This document shows positions 1-10,538 of a DNA stretch of 64,000 bases, in pieces; positions within the stretch are counted from its first letter, which is position 1, and each line of letters starts with the position of its first letter. Both the position numbers and the translations under genes were made by a program. Below the pieces are notes generated by a model. The model was not told the origin of the DNA. It made no database searches and saw nothing but the letters and a program-made list of their open reading frames with translations. Origin of the DNA: an uncultured virus (IMG/VR IMGVR_UViG_3300032257_000007) (lineage: Duplodnaviria > Heunggongvirae > Uroviricota > Caudoviricetes); the IMG/VR virus record IMGVR_UViG_3300032257_000007; one strand, written 5' to 3'.

Positions 1-15
1 CACAAGGAACGTATA

Positions 16-3000
16 ATGGAACATGCTACAGGTGGTTTCGGCTTTTATGGAAGTGACCCTTCTTTTACAAATATGGCTGGAATGTATTCTTTTGGTGGTA
101 TGAACAGCAACGCTCCAAGTATGGGCGCACCCTTCAACCCTAGAAGCCAGTATTTCTATGATACAAGCACTGCTCACCCTGGAACTCTAGGGTATCAAGA
201 ACCAATCTATACAGCTCAATCTTATGGTGCACAAGATTCTTTTATGCATTCGTTCCTGGGTAAGCCAAGAGCTATAGGAACTAGCCCTTTTGAGACAGCT
301 GCGGCTAGGCATGAGTACAAATCTCTTTCAACTGCAAGCATGGGTTTTGATGCTGGAGGAATGGTATCTTCTGCTGGGTTGGGTACAGCTGCATATATGG
401 CTGGTATGAATCCAGTTGGAGCAACCCTTGGAGCAGCAGCACTTGCTGTGCCTATGGCTTTCGACAAAATGAAAGAAACTTATATGGGTAACTATAGGGA
501 TACTCAGACTGTAAATTCTCTTACAGGAAATATAATTGGTGGCGATGGCCAATTCGGACTATCTGGAAGACAGAATGCAAATATCGCAAAGTCTATTCAG
601 AGACAGGCTGCATCAGACCCAATGCTAGAGAGTGATGATATTATGAATATCCTTAAGGGCGGCAAAGAAGCTGGCCTTCTGAATTCTATGGGCAGTGGAG
701 CAGATCCGAGTCAAGCCTTTAAAAAGCTTACCGATAAGTTGAAAATGTTTGGTGATCTAATCGATTCATCTGACTTTAAAAAATTAACACAAGAGGTAGC
801 AAGATTTCAAAAACTTGGTATGTCTTTGGACAGCAGTATCAGTTTTTCTGCTTCTAATCAGATGGCTGCTAAGTTTGCTGGTGTATCTGAAAAAGCAGCC
901 AATGAGCATATTAACGCTGGAGTGATGATCGGATCTCAAAGTGGAATCGATGGCAGGTTGTCAGCAATGGACTCTCAGAATGCCCTGTATGCAAAAGGGT
1001 CTATTCAGCAATCTGGATATGGAGGCAAGGCTTTGTTGCAGGATTCTGTATATATGGCTGCAGCAAATAATGCAGACATAAAAGTTAGGACCCAAGCAGA
1101 AGCTTTAACTGGAGTTTCTGACCAACACAAGCTTCTATACGCAAAATACAGGCAGGATAAAGAGGGTATTGACATCCAGACAAGTCTAGATAAGCTCAAT
1201 AAGATGGGTAGTCAAGAGCAGCTGTCTACAATTGCAAGCTATGATGATAGCTACTCATACACTTCAGCTCTTGACGACAAGAATGTTATGGGATTTGAGA
1301 TGGCAGGCATAGATGTGACTAAATATGATACTGGTAGCAACTTCAAAACACTGATGGAAGAAGCTATACAGATAAATCGTGGGAACACAGATGCTAATTC
1401 TTTAGCCAATATTATGCTTGATGGAACTAATGCTTCTGCGGAAGAGCGATCATATATTGCAGCAAAAGTAAATATGGTTCTAGATAATGGGTATGAGAGT
1501 CTTGATAAGTCTAAAAATAAAGCTGATGAAATGCTCCGCAAAAAAGAAGAAGCTGTAAGACTACAAGATGCTCAAAGAAAAGATAGTCTTTATTCCAAGT
1601 TCAAAACCACCAAAGATGAATTCTCGCAAAGCATAGGGGAATTTATGGGTGGTTATGATTCAGCTGGAGAGACACAAGATTTATATAGAAACTTAACAGG
1701 AAATACTGGCGGAACAGGTCCTTCTTTCAATTACGACAGAACTATGTCACGTAGTAGAAAAGAAAGAGTCATGGATGAAATCATGATGGGCACATCAGAT
1801 GATTTAAGAAAAGACCCTAAGACTAAGACTAAATGGAAGCAGGATTCTGAAGTCACTGTAGCAAATATGAGCACGCCAGGAGCTGGATTTTTTGATACAG
1901 CATTAACTATGACCTCTAATGCTGGATCTTTAGGGTTTAATGATTATCTTGGGCTAATGGGCGGCACAGACAAAGGGAGTGGTCTTATTGGCGGAGCTGC
2001 TAATCTTGGAAAGTATGCAGTAGCTGGAGCTCTAACCGCCTCCAATGCACCAGTTTCTCTTATGAGAGAAGGACTGTCAAGTCTTGGCTTAACATCAGAT
2101 GCAGATGATAGGCGTACAGCCAACCTTGCCTCTCTTGATTATGCAAGAAAAGCTCACACGATGAAAAATGTAGGTGATGGGTCTGACCTTCAAAAATACA
2201 ATGCTGGGGAGTCAGCAAAGCTTGTTTCCGATAAATATAAAGGAATGTCAATTGGTGCCGTAGAAGAGGTTTCAAATCTTTTAGCTAATGGGTCTCAGGA
2301 AGATTTTGATACTTTCATGAAGAATTACAAGGAGCAAAATAGAGATTCAAGCAGGCTAGATGCTGAAGGGAATCGACAAAATTTTAACGAAAAAGAGTTA
2401 AAAGATATATGGAAAAACAAAAAAGATCTTACTTTCAATCTTACTGAAAAGCAATTTACTCCAGAGATGGCTGAAATAGCTAAAAAAGGAAGAGAGAGCG
2501 AATTTAATAAAGATTTTTCTAAACTAATGTCTATTTATGCAGATGAAGACCTGAGTGAAGATGAAAAAGCAGCAATGACACAAACAGTAATCCGACCTGG
2601 GGACATGAAAAGAGCTAAGACTATGTTAACCAGACATGGGTCTGATAGTGACGTTAGGATAATGGGTATAGCTACTGGCGAAGAGGGTCAAGAGTATAAA
2701 AAAGAAGATTTCAAAGATGTGAAAGAAGAAGTTAAACAAGCGGGTCTAGATGTCGCCAATGCTTTTGCTGGGGCTAACATCAAAAAAAAGAAAGATAGAG
2801 ATCAGGTCATGGAAGCCTTTAAAGACGGAGGAGTGTCTAAGGGGCTAGAAGCTGCTTCTTCTCTTGGAATCACAGGCGAAGCATCTATCAAGCTTAAGTC
2901 TGCCCTAGAGAAGCTTGGAAAAGCTTCTGATGGCGACGAAGATGAAATCGCATCAGGGTATGAATATGGAAAGTTTGAAAAAGCTGAAACTGATAAAAAT

Positions 3001-3324
3001 ATCAGAAAGAGGGTAGCAAGAAGGCTTGGTATTTCTACTGATGATTTTAGTGGAGCACACAAGGCTGCTAAAGGCGGGAGAGATGAGTACGATACTTTTA
3101 GATATACTGAGGGTAATGAAAAGTTCGAGAATATTGATTTCGAGCAATTTGTCGGTAGCGTAAACAAGGCCTCTATCTTTTCATCAGAAGACACCAAGAG
3201 GTCAGACGATATAATGAAAGGGACTGGTGGTAAAACAAATGAAATTATGGCTCAGTCTTTGAATGTGCAAGAAAAAATGCTTGAATCTATAAAAGAGGTA
3301 GATAAGAGCATTCAGAAAATATAG
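16..3324 (+). CDS. Tape-measure-like large virion protein
   Basis: 1102 aa, Gly/Ala/Ser/Met-rich and helical-looking, with hydrophobic stretches (GATLGAAALAVPMAF, GLIGGAANLGKYAVAGAL); directly upstream of baseplate genes; AAGGA RBS at 4-8. Confidence 0.55.
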   Translation: MEHATGGFGFYGSDPSFTNMAGMYSFGGMNSNAPSMGAPFNPRSQYFYDTSTAHPGTLGYQEPIYTAQSYGAQDSFMHSFLGKPRAIGTSPFETAAARHEYKSLSTASMGFDAGGMVSSAGLGTAAYMAGMNPVGATLGAAALAVPMAFDKMKETYMGNYRDTQTVNSLTGNIIGGDGQFGLSGRQNANIAKSIQRQAASDPMLESDDIMNILKGGKEAGLLNSMGSGADPSQAFKKLTDKLKMFGDLIDSSDFKKLTQEVARFQKLGMSLDSSISFSASNQMAAKFAGVSEKAANEHINAGVMIGSQSGIDGRLSAMDSQNALYAKGSIQQSGYGGKALLQDSVYMAAANNADIKVRTQAEALTGVSDQHKLLYAKYRQDKEGIDIQTSLDKLNKMGSQEQLSTIASYDDSYSYTSALDDKNVMGFEMAGIDVTKYDTGSNFKTLMEEAIQINRGNTDANSLANIMLDGTNASAEERSYIAAKVNMVLDNGYESLDKSKNKADEMLRKKEEAVRLQDAQRKDSLYSKFKTTKDEFSQSIGEFMGGYDSAGETQDLYRNLTGNTGGTGPSFNYDRTMSRSRKERVMDEIMMGTSDDLRKDPKTKTKWKQDSEVTVANMSTPGAGFFDTALTMTSNAGSLGFNDYLGLMGGTDKGSGLIGGAANLGKYAVAGALTASNAPVSLMREGLSSLGLTSDADDRRTANLASLDYARKAHTMKNVGDGSDLQKYNAGESAKLVSDKYKGMSIGAVEEVSNLLANGSQEDFDTFMKNYKEQNRDSSRLDAEGNRQNFNEKELKDIWKNKKDLTFNLTEKQFTPEMAEIAKKGRESEFNKDFSKLMSIYADEDLSEDEKAAMTQTVIRPGDMKRAKTMLTRHGSDSDVRIMGIATGEEGQEYKKEDFKDVKEEVKQAGLDVANAFAGANIKKKKDRDQVMEAFKDGGVSKGLEAASSLGITGEASIKLKSALEKLGKASDGDEDEIASGYEYGKFEKAETDKNIRKRVARRLGISTDDFSGAHKAAKGGRDEYDTFRYTEGNEKFENIDFEQFVGSVNKASIFSSEDTKRSDDIMKGTGGKTNEIMAQSLNVQEKMLESIKEVDKSIQKI

Positions 3325-3342
3325 AATAGGAAAGGATGTGAA

Positions 3343-3642
3343 ATGAAAGTAACTATGAATGTTAGCTGTTCTACCAATAAAGATGTGACTTTACAAGCTC
3401 CAGTTTCTGGAAATGTGACAATACCAGCTGGTGGTATCAAAAGTGGAATGTATACTAAGACTATAGCTACCGCTGATATTAACTGTAAAGGCACTGGGGT
3501 TCAGGCTGGTCAGACATGTAAGCAATATGGAGCAGGAGGCTCTGGAAATGGTGTTGTGGTGCAGAGAACTTCTGCTCGTGATGGTGGTACTAGTGGATTG
3601 CCTTATACTCAAGAAATACTTACGATAACAGGAGCATTATAA
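3343..3642 (+). CDS. Small Gly/Cys-containing virion protein, paralog of the next ORF
   Basis: AAAGGA RBS; similar to 3642..3914 (PVSGNVTI/PTSGQVQV, CKQYGAGGSG/CSVYASSGSG, PYTQEIL/PYVVSTI). Confidence 0.5.
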   Translation: MKVTMNVSCSTNKDVTLQAPVSGNVTIPAGGIKSGMYTKTIATADINCKGTGVQAGQTCKQYGAGGSGNGVVVQRTSARDGGTSGLPYTQEILTITGAL

Positions 3643-3914
3643 TGAAAACATGTGGAGATCCAGTATTAATAAAAGAAGAAGTGACTGAAAAAACTGACAT
3701 CATGGTGCTTAGACCAACATCAGGTCAAGTTCAAGTGCATGAGCAAGGCTCAAACTTAAAAGAAACATCTCTTACATTTGCTTGTGGGTCTGCTATGAGT
3801 GGTTCTTGCAGCGTGTATGCAAGCAGTGGAAGTGGTGCTGCAGAAGTAGGCACATCTGATAGTGCTTATGCTGGAACTCCGTATGTTGTATCTACAATAA
3901 GATTGGTGGAATAA
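3642..3914 (+). CDS. Small virion protein, paralog of the previous ORF
   Basis: TAATG stop/start coupling; similarity to 3343..3642. Confidence 0.5.
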   Translation: MKTCGDPVLIKEEVTEKTDIMVLRPTSGQVQVHEQGSNLKETSLTFACGSAMSGSCSVYASSGSGAAEVGTSDSAYAGTPYVVSTIRLVE

Positions 3915-3917
3915 CAG

Positions 3918-5402
3918 ATGGCTGTAACTGCAGATGGAATGTTTTCTGTATCATACACAGGAACCAGAATAGGTAATTTAGCAACAGGTTTTCATATGGT
4001 TATCAATGGCCCAAAAGGTAGTCTTGGCAATAGAAAAGAAGTTAATATAAGCATAGATGGAGTCAGTGCCAAGCTTGGATCTTCAAAAGCAGTTGTAAAG
4101 GAAATAGGGAAGAGCTACAATAGAACTTTTGAAGGTGACTCTTCTGTTGTTGTAGATCCTATATTTTCTTTATTTGAGAGACTTGTTATAATCCAAACTC
4201 AAGCTAGAGCGTTCCAATCCACATCTCTTGGTAGCGGAACACATGGAAAAGTGGTGGTTATTACTGCGCAAGACATGATGACACTATATAAAGACAAACT
4301 AGCAAAGGGCGACATAGAAGGGTTCATTCAGGGGTTAATAGGCGATGATAGCGGTATTGTTATCAACTATGATAGTGTTGGAGAATCTCCAATTATAAAA
4401 GCGCTTAAGTTAAATTCGAGTACCGCTATCTTCCGAAAGTCCAGCATGAATGCAGCTCGGTCTCTTTTTCAAAAGACAAACATATTAAGTGTTGGTGACA
4501 TCTTTCAGCAGTTTATATCTCCGTTAGGATTGGAACTGTACTGGATGAGAGACAATGTGTACAACTTAGAACCACCCAGAATACTATCAGACCCAAAGCC
4601 AGTAGCAACAATAAAAAAGACAGAAATAATAGAGCTCAACTCTGTTGCCGATCCTTACAATGTTCCAGATATTGTAATTCCAAGAATGCACTTTCAAAAT
4701 GCTCTAGGAACAAGTGCATCTAATACTATCGTCATCCAATCTCTTATTGCTGGTGTAATAAATTCTCAGGCTCCAGGTAGATCTGGTGTCGGTGGACAAA
4801 ACTTAAAAGTGTCTACATATGATGTTCCTCCATTTTTATACGATGCTCATGCTATGGGACAGAGACAATCTTTGAATGCTAAAAATAAAGAGCTTGGCAC
4901 AACTTTAGAAACCAATCCTGAATTTGAAGCTTCTTTGGCGGGGTTTTATTCTTCTCATGCAAGAAAGTCTGAGTTATACAAATTAAATACTGGTAGATGT
5001 GTTACTATTCTTAATCCAAAGCTCAATCAACCTTATGCATGGTATAATATTGATGGAGAAGACTGTTTTGTTTCTAATATCAGACATGAGATATCGAGAA
5101 CAAGGGCAGTTACTATTCTAGAGATAGCAGGCAAAAACACAGGGCATCTCACTGATCCAAGTGGTGGGTCTGTACAATATAGTCCAGCTGAAGATGCAGA
5201 GGTTAATGATCTAGGTAGAAAAGGTGAAGACATCCTTAAATCAGCTGCAGGAAGAAAAGAAAGAGCTGACCCTAAGTGGAAAAAACCTGAAGGTCTAAAA
5301 GATGCAATCAAAGATGGTAAAACGCAACTGAAGACACAATTCGGTGATGCTGATGCAGATAAGGCAAAGATAGATTCTGTAAATACTATGATGAGTGAGT
5401 AG
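3918..5402 (+). CDS. Putative baseplate hub (gp27/gpD-like) protein
   Basis: 494 aa between tape measure and gp25-like gene; C-terminal GRCVTILNPKL...FVSNIRHEIS...TILEI resembles hub-type beta-barrels. Confidence 0.45.
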   Translation: MAVTADGMFSVSYTGTRIGNLATGFHMVINGPKGSLGNRKEVNISIDGVSAKLGSSKAVVKEIGKSYNRTFEGDSSVVVDPIFSLFERLVIIQTQARAFQSTSLGSGTHGKVVVITAQDMMTLYKDKLAKGDIEGFIQGLIGDDSGIVINYDSVGESPIIKALKLNSSTAIFRKSSMNAARSLFQKTNILSVGDIFQQFISPLGLELYWMRDNVYNLEPPRILSDPKPVATIKKTEIIELNSVADPYNVPDIVIPRMHFQNALGTSASNTIVIQSLIAGVINSQAPGRSGVGGQNLKVSTYDVPPFLYDAHAMGQRQSLNAKNKELGTTLETNPEFEASLAGFYSSHARKSELYKLNTGRCVTILNPKLNQPYAWYNIDGEDCFVSNIRHEISRTRAVTILEIAGKNTGHLTDPSGGSVQYSPAEDAEVNDLGRKGEDILKSAAGRKERADPKWKKPEGLKDAIKDGKTQLKTQFGDADADKAKIDSVNTMMSE

Positions 5403-6021
5403 CAATATGTATGAAACTGATATAAAGTCACAAGTAGATTGGGCTGTACGAAAATATGGTGGAAATCTTCCGTCTTCTGTGGCTAAATCTCAAGCTGAAA
5501 AATTAGCAAGAGATGCTATGAAATCATACGACCCATCAAAGGGTAATGTAAAGACATATTTAAATAAAAGATTGCAGAAGCTAAGTCGTATAGCATACAA
5601 GGCCTCTACCCCAGTTAATATACCAGAGTCAAGACTTATGTCTAGAGCCAAGATAAGAGACTTTATAGATGAGTATAAGGATACTTACGGGGTAACTCCT
5701 AACCACTCAGTAATATCAAAACATACTAAAGTTCCTCTTGTTGATGCAAAAAGTTTCATGATGGAGTCTGCGGCAATTAATAGTGAATCTGCTTTCGACA
5801 ACATAGCTTCTGGGAATGCCCAGTCAAACCACAATATGGTTTTGCAATCTCTGCCGAATGAGCTTCTTGATATAGGGAATGACATATACTCTAAAGGTAT
5901 GACCGAAAAAGATATTATAAAGAAGCATAAGATAGGAAGAACTACCTATTTTGCAAAAAAGAAAAAGATAGACGGTTTCCTTAAAGGAAATTCTGGTCTA
6001 GCGAACATTCAATATAACTAG
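5395..6021 (+). CDS. Sigma70-family-like transcription factor (start may be ATG 5407)
   Basis: Region-2-like AMKSYDPSKGNVKTYL followed by PVNIPE; C-terminal HTH-like GMTEKDIIKKHKIGRTTY. Confidence 0.65.
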   Translation: MSSNMYETDIKSQVDWAVRKYGGNLPSSVAKSQAEKLARDAMKSYDPSKGNVKTYLNKRLQKLSRIAYKASTPVNIPESRLMSRAKIRDFIDEYKDTYGVTPNHSVISKHTKVPLVDAKSFMMESAAINSESAFDNIASGNAQSNHNMVLQSLPNELLDIGNDIYSKGMTEKDIIKKHKIGRTTYFAKKKKIDGFLKGNSGLANIQYN

Positions 6022-6025
6022 ACTA

Positions 6026-6035
6026 TGGTATAATT
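6026..6035 (+). promoter_or_regulatory. Extended -10 promoter TGGTATAATT
   Basis: Intergenic, about 20 nt upstream of ATG 6055; recurrent motif. Confidence 0.65.
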
Positions 6036-6054
6036 ATGAGCAAAAAGGGTAGGT

Positions 6055-6468
6055 ATGTCTAACGTCTTAATTACATATAAGAATCAGAATAAATTAGACA
6101 AATACCACCTGCTCCCGTCAGCTGAGCAAACCACAGTAGACAATGTCATAGCGAACTTCATCCAAGAACTTGTTACTGAAAAAGGGTCATCCCTGTTTGA
6201 TAGAGAATATGGGTCAACCTTTATGTATGAGCTTGGACCACAGGTTAATATATATAAGATAGATTATATTCTCAAGAATTCTATAGAGCCGCTTAAGGCT
6301 AAGTATGGGATAACGGCTGTAACTGTTGGAACAGCTAATTTTAATACATCAGATGGCTTTCTGGACATAGACTTAAAAATAGAGATGGATGACATGGCAG
6401 TGGAAACACATTTTAACTTCGTTTATGGCGGATTATTTACAGATCAAATGATTGTGGAGATGGATTAA
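6055..6468 (+). CDS. Baseplate wedge gp25/GPW-like protein
   Basis: 137 aa; LVTEKGSSLFDREYGS matches the T-x-K-G-x-x-x-F-x-x-x-Y-G motif of gp25-like proteins. Confidence 0.7.
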   Translation: MSNVLITYKNQNKLDKYHLLPSAEQTTVDNVIANFIQELVTEKGSSLFDREYGSTFMYELGPQVNIYKIDYILKNSIEPLKAKYGITAVTVGTANFNTSDGFLDIDLKIEMDDMAVETHFNFVYGGLFTDQMIVEMD

Positions 6469-7748
6469 TGAACAACCTTCTGTTGAATGACTTACTAGTT
6501 ACAGAGAATATAAAAGATGCACTTTTTTCAATGGAAGAAGGAATAGCAGCTGCTTGCGAGAATAAGGCAGTACAAATATGTAAAGAATTGTTTCCGAATG
6601 TAAACTTTGCAATGCAGGAGAATATAGACCTTGTGATCAGACCTCTATCGTCTGTCATCGCATTAAATGAACTCCTTCTTCAGAATATATTTTCGGAATC
6701 ATCTCTAGACGGGATAGTGTCATCTGCTACAATCCCTAAAGACACGAAAGTCATGATGCTTAAGAACTTTGCTTCTTTAAATGGTATTAACACAGCTTCC
6801 AATGACCCTGAGTCTCTATATAGTGAAATTGGCTTCTTTCTTAAAAACAACAATATTAACAATGAATCTGTTTTAAGTTCTTCGATATTGACTGAGATGC
6901 CATCTATAGACAGATTGTTTTTCTCTGATCAATCTAATCAGGAGATGGAGCGCAACAGAGTTCCTTATGTACAAATAGATCATCTTAAAGTTATGGACTT
7001 TAATAGAAGTGAGTTTAACAGAGGTACACTTATCAATGGTGCTTACGATAGAGGAGATTATCAGACTTTTCAAGACTACAAAGAGTCTGACAATGTTGTT
7101 CTTCCTGGTATGCTTGATGTGTATTTCAGTACAGGGCTTGTAAAAGAAGACGTAGAAGTAGTTATGAGTAATGGCATGTATACATTCCCCGATGGTTATT
7201 ATATTGACATCAGCTCATCTAAAAATATGGCTATATCTGAAAACGACATGATGGCTAATGGAGTGACTAAGTTCTCACCATCTGTATTCGTAGAAAGCGG
7301 TGAAGCTACAGAGACATTTCAAGTAGTAAAATACATTGACCCAGACTTTGAGAGCTTCACTAGAACTGATGACTTTGTTGTGTCAGACACACTGTTTAAA
7401 GGCTTTTACCCGCTGTTTCTCAATCTTGATGCGTATAGTAAACAAGCGGTGGTTTTAGAAGACCTCACTTTAGCTATAGAGGAATATCTTGATTCTATCA
7501 GCGGAAGCGTAAAGATGATGTCTTTAAACGACATGCACGATTTTGTAGCCACAAAGGGGATGGAAGTAACATTTGCAGCAAAGAATACTGCCGACTTATT
7601 CCTATCTACTGGAATGGCTACTTCGATGGACGTATTGTTCCCATTGACGATGAAAGACATATCAATTCCTCCAGAGCTAAGGACCACTCAGGTTTCAGAA
7701 AAAACAATCAAACTTTTTGCTGGTGATATTAATGTTACACAAGAATAA
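6468..7748 (+). CDS. Putative baseplate wedge (baseplate J/gp6-like) protein
   Basis: Translationally coupled to the gp25-like gene; FPNVNF...DLVIRP N-terminus and PGMLDVYF motif; mainly synteny. Confidence 0.45.
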   Translation: MNNLLLNDLLVTENIKDALFSMEEGIAAACENKAVQICKELFPNVNFAMQENIDLVIRPLSSVIALNELLLQNIFSESSLDGIVSSATIPKDTKVMMLKNFASLNGINTASNDPESLYSEIGFFLKNNNINNESVLSSSILTEMPSIDRLFFSDQSNQEMERNRVPYVQIDHLKVMDFNRSEFNRGTLINGAYDRGDYQTFQDYKESDNVVLPGMLDVYFSTGLVKEDVEVVMSNGMYTFPDGYYIDISSSKNMAISENDMMANGVTKFSPSVFVESGEATETFQVVKYIDPDFESFTRTDDFVVSDTLFKGFYPLFLNLDAYSKQAVVLEDLTLAIEEYLDSISGSVKMMSLNDMHDFVATKGMEVTFAAKNTADLFLSTGMATSMDVLFPLTMKDISIPPELRTTQVSEKTIKLFAGDINVTQE

Positions 7749-9567
7749 AATATTCCTCAAGCTTCTTGGTAGCTTCTATGACCAAACTGCAAACACTGAG
7801 TTCTCGGGAAAAATAGATTATATCTACACAAGCATACTTTTTAATAGGTATGTTGAGATATTGCACAAATCTATCTTGAGTGTTGATAATAGCTATCCAG
7901 ATGTGCCTCATTTTGGGTATATTCGTCCTTCAGAGATAGATATTGGAACGAGCACAATAATAGTAAAAGACACAAATGGAAATGCTGTTGATGGTGTAAA
8001 CTTTTTATCTTTCGGATACTTGGATATTGAAGAGTTTTTCAAAGTAGAGAACGGTGTAGTCGGGCAAGAAGTAATAGATGCCGCTTCGGAAAGTATGTTA
8101 TCAGTAATCCCAGTTGTATACATAACAAGTTCTACTGGTCACTTATTTTCAAGCGGATCTTTTTCTTTTACAGAGAACATGAATGCCCAGGACACAACTT
8201 TCTTATCTTCTGTGACCATGAAACTCATATCAGACCAAATTGCATACTTCCCAGACACATTAAACACCTTAGATAAACTGGTCAATGTGGTGTTAGGGGC
8301 AGAGTATGCAAAAGCAGATGAAACAGTCCTACATGTGGATGACAATATTATTATTACAGACTATAACTCATACGACTTATTAGAAGCAAACATAGGTAGA
8401 CAAATAGTATCCGTGGGAGATATGGTTAAAGCATCTTCTTTAATAACGAGAATAGCTACTGTGACAAGCGATGTTGCTCGTATTGGAGATGTAGCCTCTC
8501 TTGATAGATTTATGACCACCACAGGATTGTCTACATCAAATTATAACTATCTGAAGAAAATATCTTCTGCTGTGTCGAAAAGAAAAATAGCTGCGGATAT
8601 ACCTGCTACTGCATTTGCACTTTTGGATACTGAAGCATTAAGTCTTGTATCATCTGCTATAGGAATGTCATCATCAAGAGACTTGTTTACGACTTCTTCT
8701 AGCTCAGACAGCGATACCGTAGAAGCAATATCTTCTGCTGGATATCTTATTGCTGATGAGAGCACGATGGATGTAGCAATTAGTGGATTTTGGATACTAG
8801 AGCTTCCTGCTGACTCAATGAATGTTGGGATACTTGCCGATGAATCATTTATGAGCACTTCATCCGACAATGTAGAGCCAATTGATGATTACGCTCTTCT
8901 TATGGACCCAGTTGTAGTCAATGAGAGTATCTCTGTATCTGAAGACTTAGTAAACGCTTTCACAAGCGATGCAACAGTTATTATTCAAGATTCTGACGTC
9001 ATGGAAGGTTTCTATAAAGATACATACATAGCTACTGCTTCTGAGGAAGTAAGCGAGATGTTTGTAGAGTCAACTGTAGGTAACGCTGATGATATAGACC
9101 AATTTATAGACAATGGTACTGTTACATTAGCAACGAATTTCCCTATGGTAGAAGATGATTACAGTGAGATATCTGTGTCAGATGCAGCTACTACGATAAT
9201 CTCGGATATCATGGAGCATGTAGCGGAAAACTTCGATATTATTTCTATGCAGGATAGTCTGCTTGGTGAGACAGAGATAATAGAAATTGCGGGAGCTACT
9301 ATGATCGGCATGGATTCTTTATTAAGTGCTGATCCAGCCAGTATAGTTCCTTTGGAGACTGGAGATCTTGAAACTTCTGTGACAATTCCAGTAGAAGATA
9401 TAGCTTCCACCTTTGAAACTATAGAAGTTAGTGGTATAATAAGCGAACAAGTGGATGCTACGTATACAACTAATGATGATGTTACTGGTAATTTGGTTGC
9501 GATAAAAGACGCATTGACAGTGCTTGACACTACGGATGTAACAAGTGATAACGTCATAGATACATAA
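7732..9567 (+). CDS. Putative baseplate/tail protein with a very acidic C-terminal half
   Basis: ORF 7717..9567, likely ATG at 7732; synteny after the J-like gene. Confidence 0.45.
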   Translation: MLHKNKIFLKLLGSFYDQTANTEFSGKIDYIYTSILFNRYVEILHKSILSVDNSYPDVPHFGYIRPSEIDIGTSTIIVKDTNGNAVDGVNFLSFGYLDIEEFFKVENGVVGQEVIDAASESMLSVIPVVYITSSTGHLFSSGSFSFTENMNAQDTTFLSSVTMKLISDQIAYFPDTLNTLDKLVNVVLGAEYAKADETVLHVDDNIIITDYNSYDLLEANIGRQIVSVGDMVKASSLITRIATVTSDVARIGDVASLDRFMTTTGLSTSNYNYLKKISSAVSKRKIAADIPATAFALLDTEALSLVSSAIGMSSSRDLFTTSSSSDSDTVEAISSAGYLIADESTMDVAISGFWILELPADSMNVGILADESFMSTSSDNVEPIDDYALLMDPVVVNESISVSEDLVNAFTSDATVIIQDSDVMEGFYKDTYIATASEEVSEMFVESTVGNADDIDQFIDNGTVTLATNFPMVEDDYSEISVSDAATTIISDIMEHVAENFDIISMQDSLLGETEIIEIAGATMIGMDSLLSADPASIVPLETGDLETSVTIPVEDIASTFETIEVSGIISEQVDATYTTNDDVTGNLVAIKDALTVLDTTDVTSDNVIDT

Positions 9568-9580
9568 TCTATGCTTGTTA

Positions 9581-9590
9581 TGATATAATT
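9581..9590 (+). promoter_or_regulatory. Extended -10 promoter TGATATAATT
   Basis: Intergenic, upstream of AAAAGGA RBS and ATG 9619. Confidence 0.65.
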
Positions 9591-9618
9591 TGAGAAATAC
9601 TTTTAAAAGGAAGATGTA

Positions 9619-10536
9619 ATGATTACACAAGGAAAAGCAGCTGAAGCATATGCAGCACTAAATTCCGATGGGATTAAAGCTGGATTAGTAGGTACAGTAA
9701 ACCTAGTTATCCATAACGAGAGCGGAGAAGCTGTCGGAGTTCAGGAACTATATCACGGAACTGATGTAGATGATATGATGTTGAACCAATCACTAGACAC
9801 AGCAAAGATTATTTTCTCTAAGCTTGCGGCAGGTATGGTAGATCACAAGATCGCTAAAATTGCTTTCGGTAATGCTGGACATAATTTCCTTAACCCTAAG
9901 CAGGCTGTTGATGCAGTTGCTACTGATATTGGGCTTAAATCTGCTGAGCATATTGTTACTTCTTTAGATAGCGTTGCTGTTACAGATCACTACCTATATA
10001 CTGACACAAATGCTGTAACACACAGAATGGTATATGTTGAGAAAGACATTCTTCCTGAACACATTACTTATGGTGCTATGGGTAATCAATTTGTTGTTCG
10101 TGTTCCTATCAGTTATGATGAGTTCAATATGAGAGTTGGTGGAGCTACTACTACAGATGTTGGTTATGACACTTCTCTTATCTCTTACACAATGGTAAAT
10201 CCTAATGATGGTACTCTGATCCGTTTTGGTGATGTTGATGCTGCAGGTGCACCTCTTCTTGAAGCTAGTGAAGTTTATAGTTGGGATGACGCTGGAACTA
10301 CTCGTTATGCATTCTTGAATGGTATTAATGGTTCAGGTGTTATCGATACTGTAAATGGTGGTGACAGACCTCAAGAGATCTCTGAGATTCTTCTTTGTGC
10401 TGATATTACTGGTGACGGTACTGTTGAAGCTCCATACCAAAAACTTGCTTCTTCAAGAATGACAAGTGGTCTTCTTGCTTTCCCTGAAGGCTTTACTTTT
10501 ACTTACGAATGGTCACTTAGCTGGAACTTCGTTTAA
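9619..10536 (+). CDS. Putative baseplate/tail-fibre attachment protein
   Basis: IAKIAFGNAG...ISEILL...FTYEW pattern typical of tail-fibre N-terminal or baseplate domains; GCT/GGT/GTT-biased codons. Confidence 0.5.
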   Translation: MITQGKAAEAYAALNSDGIKAGLVGTVNLVIHNESGEAVGVQELYHGTDVDDMMLNQSLDTAKIIFSKLAAGMVDHKIAKIAFGNAGHNFLNPKQAVDAVATDIGLKSAEHIVTSLDSVAVTDHYLYTDTNAVTHRMVYVEKDILPEHITYGAMGNQFVVRVPISYDEFNMRVGGATTTDVGYDTSLISYTMVNPNDGTLIRFGDVDAAGAPLLEASEVYSWDDAGTTRYAFLNGINGSGVIDTVNGGDRPQEISEILLCADITGDGTVEAPYQKLASSRMTSGLLAFPEGFTFTYEWSLSWNFV

Positions 10537-10538
10537 AA

